Positions 39,576 through 49,194 of a DNA stretch of 64,000 nt are shown one piece after another. The notes beneath the pieces are model-generated. The model was not told where the DNA came from, did no database searches, and saw only the letters and a program-made list of their open reading frames with translations. The first letter of the stretch is position 1; every line of letters begins with the position of its first letter. Origin of the DNA: Promethearchaeati archaeon SRVP18_Atabeyarchaeia-1 (GTDB taxonomy: Archaea; Asgardarchaeota; Atabeyarchaeia; Atabeyarchaeales; Atabeyarchaeaceae); contig CP147779.1 of the NCBI GenBank assembly GCA_037308085.1, forward strand, positions 512,001 through 576,000, read 5' to 3'. The position numbers were made by a program, and so were the translations under genes.

Positions 39576-42563
39576 ATGCCGAATAGCGAGAAAACCAAGA
39601 GCCAAGCATCTTTTGAGCAGCTTTGCTCTCTGCTCGGTTTCTCGAAGTATAATGGACTCTTCACCGATATTCAGTCGACAGAAGATGCCTATGTTAGGCA
39701 AGCTCTTGATGATGCAATAAAGAAGCTACGCATTGATGCAATATACTTCCTCAGGTCCAAGAAAGGCGGGCCTTCCATACCGCTAATATACTTCAAACTG
39801 ATGGAATATCCCACAGCTTCCGAGATAGCTGATTTGCACAAACTTTCATGGAATATGGGTCAAGCCCCCCTTCTGTTTGTGGTTCTGCCGGATACAGTTC
39901 AAATATACAATAATCTGGAACCTCCCAAGAAAGGAGATGACAAAGCTGGTTTAATTGATGAACTCAAGGTTTTCTCACAATTCGAAAACGAAAGGAAGAA
40001 GTTTAGAGACTATGAAAGAGCGGAATTCGAAACAGGCAACTATTGGCGTAGGAACATAGGTATTTTCAAGACTGATAACAGCGTTTTTCGCATGCTGCTC
40101 AAGAACCTTGACTATATGAGGCGAATTCTCGTTAATACTGGGTTATCATCCAAAATCGTTTATTCGATCCTTGTTCGCTCGATTTTTGTCAGATATCTTG
40201 AAGACAGACGAGACAAGCAAGGGCAAGGCGTCTTTCCTAATGGTTTTTTTGATCAGTTCAAAAACGGTGCGACCTGTTTCACCGATTTACTAAACACAAA
40301 GAAAGCGACGTACGACTTCTTCAGGTTTCTGGATGACAAATTCAATGGTGACATTTTCGTTGTCGGACAGGATGAAGAGGACACCATTGGGCAAGACCAT
40401 CTAGACTCACTACGAAGAATGTTAAAGGGGGAAGAGCATCTTGATACCCGCCAAATGGTACTATGGCCTTTGTACTCCTTTGACGTTATACCTATTGAAT
40501 TGATAAGTAGCATATATGAACAGTTCTTAACACTCAAAAAGCAAGAAGAAGAGGTCTCGTCGACAGGCATTCACTATACGCCGTATTATTTGGTCGCCTT
40601 TTTGATGGATGAAGTCATGCCTCTTTCGGACACAAACATCAACATGCGAATAATCGACGCAACATGCGGTTCAGGGATCTTTCTGGTCGAAGGTTACAGA
40701 AGGTTAGTGGCTCGTTGGATGAAATCTAATCGCTACCAAAACCCCGCTCCCTCAGAACTTCTCAAAATACTCAAGAATAGCATTTTTGGCGTTGACCTTG
40801 ATGAAAAAGCGATTAGAATCTCTGCCTTAAGCCTCTACCTAACTGTCTGCGACTATCTAGAGCCTAAGACCATCTGGAATGAGGTAAAATTCGAGCGGCT
40901 AGTCGGCAGTAATCTACTCGTTTTCGATTCTCTTAAAGACATTCCGGAACTTCGAGATAAATTCGATTTGGTGGTTGGTAATCCACCCTGGGAAAGTAAA
41001 CTTACAGAGTCTGCGGAAAGATATGTCAAATTACATCGGAAGAGAATCGGGGATCGCCAGATCTGCCAAGTGTTTCTCTGGAAGAGTGCTGATCTATGCA
41101 AGCCTGAAGGAAAAGTCTGTATGATTGTGTCCAGCAAAGCGCTGCTTTTCAATCGTTCATCTCGCAATTCGCAATTTAGGAAGGACTTTTTCTCGCAGTG
41201 TGAAATCAAAGCGATATTCAACTTATCGGCCCTTAGGCACTTACTCTTCTCGCATGCTGTAGGCCCCGGAGCCGCAATAGTCTTTTCACCTTCACCTCCT
41301 CCGAAAAACGAGTTGGTTTCCTACTGCTCTCCTAAGCCCAGTTTCACGCTGCAAGACGAATTATCCTTCGTAATTGAACCTCAAGACATTGCCCAGATAC
41401 CTCTTAGTGAAGCGTTGGCATCTGAAACAATCTGGAAGACCGCGATGTGGGGGTCACCAAGAGATCATGAATTGATCAGAAAGCTATCGTCCCACCCAAC
41501 CTTGGATCGGGTCGCTCGTGAGCGCGGCTGGATCCATGGAGAAGGGTATATCGTTGGAAATAAGAGGTACTTCACTAGGGAATTACTTGGGAAACTGGAG
41601 GTTTCGGCAGAAGATCTTCAGAAGTACATTGTGGAAAGCAAATCACTGAAGCGATGTTCCAAAGACCATTTCTACAGATGGGGCAAAGAGAAGAGGCAGA
41701 TATACAAAAGGCCGCACCTCCTGATAAAACAAAGTCCCAGAAAAGGGCAAGGCCTTGTATCCGCAGTAATGGTCGAAGATTCCGTGTTTCCGCAATCCAT
41801 AATTGGAATACACTGCGATGAGCAGTATCTCAGTGACCTGATAGCTGTGTGTGAAACGATAAACTCGGATTTACCATTATATTACGTAATGCTCACAAGC
41901 GGTAGGTGGCTCGTTGAGAGAGACGAATTAACGAAAAGCGAAATCATGAGCATTCCCATTCCCAAGAAGATTCTCAATAGCGGCCTTGACATGAGCTTCC
42001 TCGAAAGACTTGCAAAGGATGGGGAGTTTCGAGAAGCCGAGAATTGCAGGTTGATGAATCTCTATGGTCTGGACAAGACTGAGAAAGCACTTGTGGCAGA
42101 TTCGATAAGATTTACGCTCGACTATTTCCGCCATAAAGTGGACTCTGATGCAATCAAGCCTGCTTCTGAAACCGATGTTAAGAAATACTTGGCAAACCTG
42201 TGCCAAATTCTCAATCACCAGTTCTCACCTTCAAGCCAAAGCTTTATCGGAACCGCATATTCGACAAAGGGGCCTCTTCGAATGATATCTCTTAAGCTAG
42301 TGTCAAATGGCCGAGAAATCGTGAACGAAGAGCTAGGTGAAGAGGAGATGGACAGAGTTCTGAAACAGTTGGACCAAGAGTTAATTGAAGAGAGGGCGCC
42401 AGGTGTTTATGTTAGAAGGCATCTTCGAAGATACTCCAAAGATTCCGTACATATAATTAAGCCCAACCAGATGAGATATTGGACGAAATCATCGGCGATC
42501 CTAGATGCAGACCAGGTCTATGCAGACATCATGGAGACAGATATCACGGAAAGATCTAGGTGA
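39576..42563 (+). CDS. N6-adenine DNA methyltransferase (Eco57I/type IIG-like, with TRD)
   Basis: ELISSIYE, HYTP, motif I DATCGSGIFL, motif IV NPPW. Confidence 0.9.
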   Translation: MPNSEKTKSQASFEQLCSLLGFSKYNGLFTDIQSTEDAYVRQALDDAIKKLRIDAIYFLRSKKGGPSIPLIYFKLMEYPTASEIADLHKLSWNMGQAPLLFVVLPDTVQIYNNLEPPKKGDDKAGLIDELKVFSQFENERKKFRDYERAEFETGNYWRRNIGIFKTDNSVFRMLLKNLDYMRRILVNTGLSSKIVYSILVRSIFVRYLEDRRDKQGQGVFPNGFFDQFKNGATCFTDLLNTKKATYDFFRFLDDKFNGDIFVVGQDEEDTIGQDHLDSLRRMLKGEEHLDTRQMVLWPLYSFDVIPIELISSIYEQFLTLKKQEEEVSSTGIHYTPYYLVAFLMDEVMPLSDTNINMRIIDATCGSGIFLVEGYRRLVARWMKSNRYQNPAPSELLKILKNSIFGVDLDEKAIRISALSLYLTVCDYLEPKTIWNEVKFERLVGSNLLVFDSLKDIPELRDKFDLVVGNPPWESKLTESAERYVKLHRKRIGDRQICQVFLWKSADLCKPEGKVCMIVSSKALLFNRSSRNSQFRKDFFSQCEIKAIFNLSALRHLLFSHAVGPGAAIVFSPSPPPKNELVSYCSPKPSFTLQDELSFVIEPQDIAQIPLSEALASETIWKTAMWGSPRDHELIRKLSSHPTLDRVARERGWIHGEGYIVGNKRYFTRELLGKLEVSAEDLQKYIVESKSLKRCSKDHFYRWGKEKRQIYKRPHLLIKQSPRKGQGLVSAVMVEDSVFPQSIIGIHCDEQYLSDLIAVCETINSDLPLYYVMLTSGRWLVERDELTKSEIMSIPIPKKILNSGLDMSFLERLAKDGEFREAENCRLMNLYGLDKTEKALVADSIRFTLDYFRHKVDSDAIKPASETDVKKYLANLCQILNHQFSPSSQSFIGTAYSTKGPLRMISLKLVSNGREIVNEELGEEEMDRVLKQLDQELIEERAPGVYVRRHLRRYSKDSVHIIKPNQMRYWTKSSAILDADQVYADIMETDITERSR

Positions 42564-42569
42564 TTATGA

Positions 42570-43229
42570 GTGACCTATGTCCCCTCGCAGGAAAGTTATA
42601 GAATCGGCACGCCTCTTGACCTTGCTAAGAAGTTAGGCGAAAAGGGCATTACAAAACTTCTCGAAATGGTCTGTGCGGCATATGCTATCCTATATAGGAA
42701 CCGAATAGTTAAACCGAAAATGGATGAGTGCGACATCACTGAAGAACTCTACAAAGAGGTCAATTTTGCTTGGTCTAAATCCGATATTACGGAGACTGTT
42801 ATTCCTACAAATGAGAAGATTGATAGAGAGAACGCCGAGAGAAGAGGGAGACCACCGACTATCGATTTTTGTTTTAGGGCCCGTTGGGAGAGACATGCGT
42901 TTTTTGGTTTCGAATGCAAAGTGTTGGCCGAAGGCGACAGTAGAAGCTATAGGGAATACATCAACGAGGGATTGTATCGCTACATTGAAGGGAAGTACTG
43001 TGCAAATGGTTCGGCTGGTTCATTGATTGGCTATATTAATTCTGGGAGAATTGCCGTGATAGTCAAAGACATAAAGACTCGAGTTAATAGGCAAAGAATA
43101 GTAGAATTCATGACTTTGGCATCCTCCATTTCTGGTTTCAGGGAGCACTACATCTCGACGCACTTGAGAAAGGATAGCTCTCCGTTTTGTGTTCATCATC
43201 TGTTCTTTAGTTTTGTCGAATTGAATTAA
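42570..43229 (+). CDS. putative PD-(D/E)xK nuclease-fold protein
   Basis: ID...FECK core preceded by an E-containing helix; co-oriented 6 bp after the MTase. Confidence 0.65.
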   Translation: MTYVPSQESYRIGTPLDLAKKLGEKGITKLLEMVCAAYAILYRNRIVKPKMDECDITEELYKEVNFAWSKSDITETVIPTNEKIDRENAERRGRPPTIDFCFRARWERHAFFGFECKVLAEGDSRSYREYINEGLYRYIEGKYCANGSAGSLIGYINSGRIAVIVKDIKTRVNRQRIVEFMTLASSISGFREHYISTHLRKDSSPFCVHHLFFSFVELN

Positions 43230-43841
43230 TTCCCGGGAGCAGCCGCGTTTAGCTACTGAACAATTTGCCAGTAGAATAGGCTTTGGAGACAGAGATCGTA
43301 ATCCCTGGAACCATAAGCACCATGAGCAGAATTCCGTCGAACTTTTCAATGATGCGGATAACTTCGAAATGCAAAGCCTTGGTGACTGGCGCCGAGCTGC
43401 GAAGCCCTCGTGGATCGCCAGACCAATCTAAACGGAACCATGGCTGAGCACTAGAAACTACCTATTCTATCTCCTTGTTTCCCCTTCTCATGTAGCCTTA
43501 TGCACGCGCTAATGAACATAATAAGACAGTTTTCCTTGAAAATGCGAGGATAGGCATCCTCTTGCTGTGAACAGACCTCCTTTGTGGATGCATATTATCA
43601 GTTAGAGAAGTTTGAGAAGAAAGTTAAGATAATTCCAAAATCAAAGAACTATCGGCGAAGCCGATAACACAAGATTAGCCAACCTATGAACTATCATCCG
43701 AGATTTTACAGAGAGAGGAATTCTAGGCTCCAACCGAGACTTGACAGAGCCCAAAGTAGCAAGTAGTAGAACCGAGTCATCACCTGACGGTTAACAGGGA
43801 GACCAATCACCCGAAGACTTAACAGAACCTGGAGAACCGGT

Positions 43842-44453
43842 ATGAAGAGAAAACAACTGGAGATCTCGTTATCGTCACTAGCGAGAAATCCCAAACCGAA
43901 GATTCGGTTTGAAGAATACGACCTTGATCCCAGAAGTGCTTCTACGATAGTGCATATTGCGGCGTCGTTAGGCGATGTTGAAGGAAAGCAAGTAGTGGAT
44001 CTTGGGTGTGGCGTTGGCATTCTCTCCATTGGAGCTGCAATGATGGGCGCCAGCCGAGTCGTGGGAGTAGATATTGATAAAGACTCAATAAAGGTAGCAG
44101 TACAGAACATGAAGTCATTGGGTGCGAGAGTTGAGTTCATTTCAGGTTCGATCGACTGTGTCCGCGGAGCATTTGACACAACCATTATGAATCCACCCTT
44201 CGGTAGTTGGAGAAGAGGTTTGGATGTCAGTTTTCTACGCAAGTCGCTGGCGATATCGGACATCACGTACTCGGTGCACAAGGCGAGCGATAGAAGCGAC
44301 CTGTTTCTCCGGAAGAAGATCCAGACAATGGGAAAAGAGGCAAGAAACCTCGGGAGAGTGGAGATAACCCTTCGGCGGACATATGATTTTCATCAGAAAT
44401 CCAAGTATGCGGTTTATGCTTACCTCTACAGGATAGGGTTTCAATCTACGTAG
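43842..44453 (+). CDS. METTL5-family RNA methyltransferase
   Basis: DLGCGVG, MNPPFG, YSVH, FH motifs. Confidence 0.9.
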   Translation: MKRKQLEISLSSLARNPKPKIRFEEYDLDPRSASTIVHIAASLGDVEGKQVVDLGCGVGILSIGAAMMGASRVVGVDIDKDSIKVAVQNMKSLGARVEFISGSIDCVRGAFDTTIMNPPFGSWRRGLDVSFLRKSLAISDITYSVHKASDRSDLFLRKKIQTMGKEARNLGRVEITLRRTYDFHQKSKYAVYAYLYRIGFQST

Positions 44454-45720
44454 GCATAGGTAGGTATGCGTCAGCATGCCTGTCGTATGCGTAGCAGATC
44501 TGGGGCTTCACCGCATCATATAGGCGCCTCACGAGTTCATCGGCACCCCTCCGCTCCGCCCCCGTCAAGGCGTACCCACCCACAAGAAGCGCAGGCAGGA
44601 TGCTCGCATCCCACCGCTTCTCCTCGTGGGGAACGCCCTCCATCCTCAGGTAGAGGTTGATGGCGGCGTTGAGCTGCCTATCAATCCGCAGCCCGCAGCT
44701 CCGGCACTCGAAGACTGCTGCTCCTCTTAGGTCTTTGTTTACCCACCCGCATCTGGAGCACGTCTTCGAAGTGAACTGCGGAGGCACCTCAACACCTCCT
44801 ACAAGCCTCTTTATCCCGCGCCAGTCTGTCCTCGCTACTCGCCTGTTCCACACCCTCGACTTGGAGTATAGTCGCTCCTTGCGGAGCTCCTCGAAGCCGT
44901 TTTCGCCGGATAGGGAGCGCATCACCCTCGCTATCTCCACCTGGTGCTTCCTGGCGCGGTTCCTCTCCCTCCTGCCGTATTTTGTGAGGGTTCTTCCCGC
45001 GCGCTTCGACTTTGAGGCCTTCCTCTGCACGCTCCGCCTCTTCTCGAAGGCCGAGATGTGGACGGAGGCGAGCCTCCTCGTGTCAATCTTCACCCAGCCA
45101 GTCTCAGGGCTGAAGCCATCCATGCTGAGCATGTTCGAGTCCCACGCCAGCTTCTCAGTTGGTCTCTTCCCAGTCTCTTCCGGCAAATGGACGGGGAGAT
45201 GTATTTTGTCGGGTGTGATGACTGGTTCGCCTAGGCCCGTGGAGGACACGTTGCCGGGCAGCTTGAAGTAGCGCCGAGACAAGTCGATGTAGACAAACTC
45301 GTGCGGCTTCACTGTGATCCTCAGTTTCTCCCCCTGAAGTTTGAGGAGGGTCTGCTTGGCCCGCAGGAAGAGCCGCCCCGCATGCGGGCATGTCCTACTC
45401 CTGTCACCCTTGTCGTAGTTCCGCTTCCAGGAGCCCATGATGCTGAAGGCAGTCTTCACTGCGGAGTCAACCCAGTGCGCAGCGTAGACCCACCCTGTTA
45501 GGCACGTGTCTCTCAGCTCGCGCTTGAAGGCGTTGTCCTTCCTGTAGCGGGGGTAGAGCCGGTGCTGCTTCTTGCCCCTGATCTGGTGTCTCCTCCACTC
45601 TGTCGCCTGCCAGATGCCCTGCAGCATGGTGTTGAGAATCGTGTTGTAGGCAGTCATGAGGCTGTTGAGTTCTTCGCCCTGGTCATGGTTGAGCGAGTAG
45701 GTTCTTAGCGCCTTCAACAA
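44446..45720 (-). CDS. tnpB: TnpB (RNA-guided nuclease family), IS607-associated
   Basis: RuvC-I AWDSN, RuvC-II FEEL, TSKTCSRC/CRSC Zn finger, DRQLNAAIN; TTG start after GGAGG, as in the 3781 copy. Confidence 0.9.
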   Translation of the reverse strand: MLKALRTYSLNHDQGEELNSLMTAYNTILNTMLQGIWQATEWRRHQIRGKKQHRLYPRYRKDNAFKRELRDTCLTGWVYAAHWVDSAVKTAFSIMGSWKRNYDKGDRSRTCPHAGRLFLRAKQTLLKLQGEKLRITVKPHEFVYIDLSRRYFKLPGNVSSTGLGEPVITPDKIHLPVHLPEETGKRPTEKLAWDSNMLSMDGFSPETGWVKIDTRRLASVHISAFEKRRSVQRKASKSKRAGRTLTKYGRRERNRARKHQVEIARVMRSLSGENGFEELRKERLYSKSRVWNRRVARTDWRGIKRLVGGVEVPPQFTSKTCSRCGWVNKDLRGAAVFECRSCGLRIDRQLNAAINLYLRMEGVPHEEKRWDASILPALLVGGYALTGAERRGADELVRRLYDAVKPQICYAYDRHADAYLPMPT

Positions 45721-45993
45721 CCTCCCTGCCTCTTGGCGATGCCCTGGCATGTAGCCGATGGGAGCCCTGGTTTCCGTTTCGCATTGTAGACTCCTTATCT
45801 CGGATTCCGGCATCCTTTTCCTTCCACGAGTGTCCCTAGGACTCTTATTAACCCCTCTTTGCCCACTTCTGGACTGTCCCCATGTGCATACGCAGAGGGA
45901 ATGTGAGTTTATCTTGGCGTGTGAAGTCTTTCGGGCATACCTAGAATTAGTATGACTTATACCTACGTAAACCTACACAGACTGGAGCTGCTG
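44446..45993 (-). mobile_element. non-autonomous IS607-derived element (degenerate tnpA remnant ~45740-45938 + tnpB)
   Basis: Frameshifted MerR-HTH-like pieces MPERLHTP / GTVQKWAK / GRKRMPESEI...IGY; TAGGT-type short repeats at both ends; left end shared with the 3681 copy; exact ends uncertain. Confidence 0.75.
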
Positions 45994-46012
45994 CAACAGG
46001 CGGCAGGTAGGC

Positions 46013-47044
46013 TCAGCTTGGTTTGAGGTACGCTTCCAACAGCTTTTCTGAAAGCATCATTTCAGCCTCGTCTGTTGTCAGGACTGGTTTCCTGAACAAT
46101 GAGGCATCGTCGACTGCTATTCTGGGGCAAGCCGTCACCACAAAAGCATCGATATCTTTGATGGAGTTCAGCCGTTCAGGGTCTAAGTTGTCTGCGCAGA
46201 ACAAGACGACTTTCCTTCCAGATTTCTCCAGCATATCTCTGACTCTGATTGCTCTAGCCAAGTCAAGCTGCCCCGACTTCAGCCCGATCACCACGCCAAG
46301 ATTCTGGGCTGACCTGGCTTCCATTATGCAGCCGTAGCGAGACTTCACGTAGCGGCGCAACAGTCCTCTCGTGGTGCTGACTTCTCTCGAATACGGGTCG
46401 ATGATTATTGACTCTTTCTTGGTCGCCAGTGCTAGGCCTATGGCATGGAACTCTCCCCCCGCAATAATGAGGAATTTGTCAACGCGGTCTGAGATGGACT
46501 TTGCCGTCGAGTAGTCACAACCAAGGACCTGTCCATCATTGATGATCCTCCCTTTCGCTTTTCCTATCAAGACCTTGAATCCGTTGTCCTCAAGGTACCT
46601 CCTTGCTACCTGTAGCTCGTGGATATGCTGAATCGTGGAGACCAAACCAACCCGTTTCGAACCGCTGAGGTGGTCTTTGGCCGCAGGTAAGAGATCCTGT
46701 ATGCCGAGCGAAGCGAAGGCTTCTAAATAGATTACAGGAACACCTTGGCTTCCCGGCCATTCGGCGTGACCGTAGTGTATTATTAGATCGGCCCCCAGTT
46801 GAGAAGCAGCAATGGTTGCAAGATCACACGCCCCGTAGCATGTGTCGAGAGAGACAATCGTCTGCGAGCCGGTCTTCTCGCTGATCTTCTCAGCTATCTT
46901 GGTTGCGTGTTCAAGTAGACCGTCTGGAAATTGCAGAATTATTCTCCTACTCTTCCTAGATTCCACGTCTTTGATCAAACCGTCAACGTTTAGTTCATAC
47001 GATGAAACAATCTCATCGCTTTTCATTTCTTGAGCAGCCCTCAA
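46013..47044 (-). CDS. dph2: diphthamide biosynthesis protein Dph2
   Basis: QFPDGL, CYGACD, GQVLGC, TACPR. Confidence 0.95.
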   Translation of the reverse strand: MRAAQEMKSDEIVSSYELNVDGLIKDVESRKSRRIILQFPDGLLEHATKIAEKISEKTGSQTIVSLDTCYGACDLATIAASQLGADLIIHYGHAEWPGSQGVPVIYLEAFASLGIQDLLPAAKDHLSGSKRVGLVSTIQHIHELQVARRYLEDNGFKVLIGKAKGRIINDGQVLGCDYSTAKSISDRVDKFLIIAGGEFHAIGLALATKKESIIIDPYSREVSTTRGLLRRYVKSRYGCIMEARSAQNLGVVIGLKSGQLDLARAIRVRDMLEKSGRKVVLFCADNLDPERLNSIKDIDAFVVTACPRIAVDDASLFRKPVLTTDEAEMMLSEKLLEAYLKPS

Positions 47045-47117
47045 ATGATGTGGGGTTATAATAGGAATTACTTAAATTCAGAGTAAGTGAGTAATTACTT
47101 GGAGATGATGACAAGCC

Positions 47118-48350
47118 ATGAAGGTAACAGAGTTGAAAGCCTCGATGATCTTCGACTCAAAGGCGCGGCCTACTGTAAGGATCGATTTGGAATCCAATGG
47201 TATAAAGGTTTTCGCGTGTGCACCCTCGGGCACAAGCGTTGGGAAATTCGAGGCGCAGGCCTTTCCGAAAGAGGGGGTTGAAAAGTCCGTAGCGATCGTC
47301 AACAACGAGTTGCGAAAGGGTTTTGTTGGGTCTGAGATTGATGACCTAAGACAAGCGGATGGCAGACTTAGGAACTTTGATGGGACGAGTAATTTTAACA
47401 GGATGGGGGGAAACACGGCAATAGCCATTTCGATAGCAGTGGCCAAGGCTCTCTCACAGGCTAGCGGGGAAATGCTGTGCGAATACCTTGCCGATAGTGG
47501 AAAGATAAGACTTCCATTTCCGCTTAGTAATGTCATAGGGGGAGGGAAACACACATCTGGTGACTCCCTTGACATTCAAGAATTTCTGGTCATATCAACT
47601 GGCGCCAAAACGTTTGAACAAGCGGCGGCGTTCAACATGCAAGTTCACAAGGAAGTTGGCAACATGATGATCGAAAAGTTGCCCAAGTATGTCTTTGGCA
47701 GGAATGATGAAGGGGCATGGGCAGCACCTTTGAAAATAGATGAAGCCTTGAAGTTGCTATCGTCCGCGATTGAGAAGGTGACAAGCACTCTAGACACTGA
47801 AGGAAGAATTGGAATAGATATCGCGGCATCCGAACTCTGGGACGGAAAGAGATACGGGTACAAAAAAGAAAAGCAGTACCGTAGTGTCGGCGAGCAGTTA
47901 GACTACATGCAAGAACTGGCTGAAAGCTACAACATATTTTACCTTGAAGATCCTTTCCAGGAAGAAGACTATGAGTCCTTTGCCCAACTCAATCGGAAGC
48001 TGGCGGGAAGACGGCTTGTGGTGGGTGACGATCTTGTTGTCACGAACCCAGAGCGACTGAAAACTGCAGTAAGCCAGCATTCGGTCAATGGAGTAATAAT
48101 CAAGCCTAATCAGATTGGAACGCTAACTGACACCGCAATAACCGTGAGAATGGCCAGTTCCAATAACATTGTTCCGATTGCATCACACAGGTCAGGTGAG
48201 ACCACCGACGCAGCACTTGCGCACATAGCGGCGGGACTGAAATGCCCAATAATTAAGATAGGAATATCGGGTGGAGAACGCCTAGAGAAAATCAACGAGT
48301 TGCTTAGGATTGAAAAAAATGCAAAGGCATCTATGGCAAGCCTTCCATAG
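47118..48350 (+). CDS. eno: enolase
   Basis: APSGTS, NDEG, LEDPF, GDDL, KPNQIG, SHRSGET. Confidence 0.95.
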   Translation: MKVTELKASMIFDSKARPTVRIDLESNGIKVFACAPSGTSVGKFEAQAFPKEGVEKSVAIVNNELRKGFVGSEIDDLRQADGRLRNFDGTSNFNRMGGNTAIAISIAVAKALSQASGEMLCEYLADSGKIRLPFPLSNVIGGGKHTSGDSLDIQEFLVISTGAKTFEQAAAFNMQVHKEVGNMMIEKLPKYVFGRNDEGAWAAPLKIDEALKLLSSAIEKVTSTLDTEGRIGIDIAASELWDGKRYGYKKEKQYRSVGEQLDYMQELAESYNIFYLEDPFQEEDYESFAQLNRKLAGRRLVVGDDLVVTNPERLKTAVSQHSVNGVIIKPNQIGTLTDTAITVRMASSNNIVPIASHRSGETTDAALAHIAAGLKCPIIKIGISGGERLEKINELLRIEKNAKASMASLP

Positions 48351-48379
48351 ATGCGAAAAAGGCATTGAAGAACCCGACT

Positions 48380-48585
48380 ACTTCGGCACGTGGCACCGCT
48401 CATTCTTCGGAGTGTGGGAGAATCTACAGGGATTGTCCGCCCTTCTTACTCCACTCGCGTATAAGCGTGTGCTTCCTAACGGGGCATCCTCCCCCGTGTA
48501 GCAACTTGCAGTTGTCACAATCTTGTCTAGTAAAAGCTCCGCACCTGAATTCGCAGGGATATCCCAACCAGGCACTCACCTATCA
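48380..48585 (-). ncRNA. possible structured RNA (alternatively a 65-aa ORF)
   Basis: TATA-like AAAAGTATATAT upstream; long-range pairing 48562-77/48410-19 and 48529-36/48442-50; inner hairpins; T-tract downstream. Confidence 0.3.
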
Positions 48586-48647
48586 GTCTCTAGGAGGAGC
48601 TGCAATATATACTTTTCAATCGAAGCGGAAAGGTTCAAGGAGATAAG

Positions 48648-48845
48648 CTACGTTGCCTTGCAAAGAAATCTGCCACTTGGGTCGCGTATCATCATCTCTA
48701 GCTTCCTTCTCCTTATGGCCAGAGCAAGTGGAGTACAATCATGCAGGTCCGACTCACAGTGATCGATGTCGGTCAAAACCACGGTTTTGCCTTTGATACC
48801 CTTGCTTCTGGCTTCCATTATGCAAATCTGACACCATTTCTCCAT
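48648..48845 (-). CDS. small Cys-rich hypothetical protein
   Basis: 65 aa with CxxC and further Cys/His; GGGGTGG RBS-like sequence. Confidence 0.5.
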   Translation of the reverse strand: MEKWCQICIMEARSKGIKGKTVVLTDIDHCESDLHDCTPLALAIRRRKLEMMIRDPSGRFLCKAT

Positions 48846-48856
48846 GGGTCCACCCC

Positions 48857-49090
48857 CTATCCTTCAAGAAGCATGAGGAGTGTCTCTCTCAGTTCCCTAA
48901 CTCGCTTTAGGCAGAAGAAGCACCGGTCTCTTACGGGACTCGCACTATTCTCACTGATTACTCCGATCTCAATAATCCTCAGCACTTCCGATAAGCAGTC
49001 TATCGCTTGGCAGATGATCGATGAAGGGATTTCAACGTCGTTATCTGAACAAGGTTTGGGGTCTCTTGTAAGGGTCCTCTGCGCGGACAG
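48857..49090 (-). CDS. small hypothetical protein (77 aa, CTG start inferred; missing from the ORF track)
   Basis: Open frame LSAQRTL...DRCFFCLKRVRELRETLLMLLEG; GGAGG upstream; stops 11 bp before the next ORF. Confidence 0.4.
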   Translation of the reverse strand: MSAQRTLTRDPKPCSDNDVEIPSSIICQAIDCLSEVLRIIEIGVISENSASPVRDRCFFCLKRVRELRETLLMLLEG

Positions 49091-49194
49091 AATTATCTCA
49101 ACCGCCTCCTAGGTCGCCTCTTGAGTATACGCATGTTGATAAATATGAATGATGAGGGACCTACCTGAAAGTGAAATAGTTTCTCAGTAGGGTG

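Larger units (their letters stand above)
37276..43829. mobile_element. complete IS6-family cargo transposon (6554 bp)
   Basis: 52-bp imperfect TIRs (37276-37327 / 43778-43829, 43/52 identical) starting GGTTCTGTT; flanking 8-bp duplication TGGAGAAC (37268-75, 43830-37); internal IS6-type DDE transposase. Confidence 0.9.

Noticed and set aside
45721-45813. First 31 aa of the 455-aa TnpB ORF
   Set aside because: These codons are an in-frame remnant of IS607 tnpA; the RBS and the paralog at 3781 point to a TTG start at 45720
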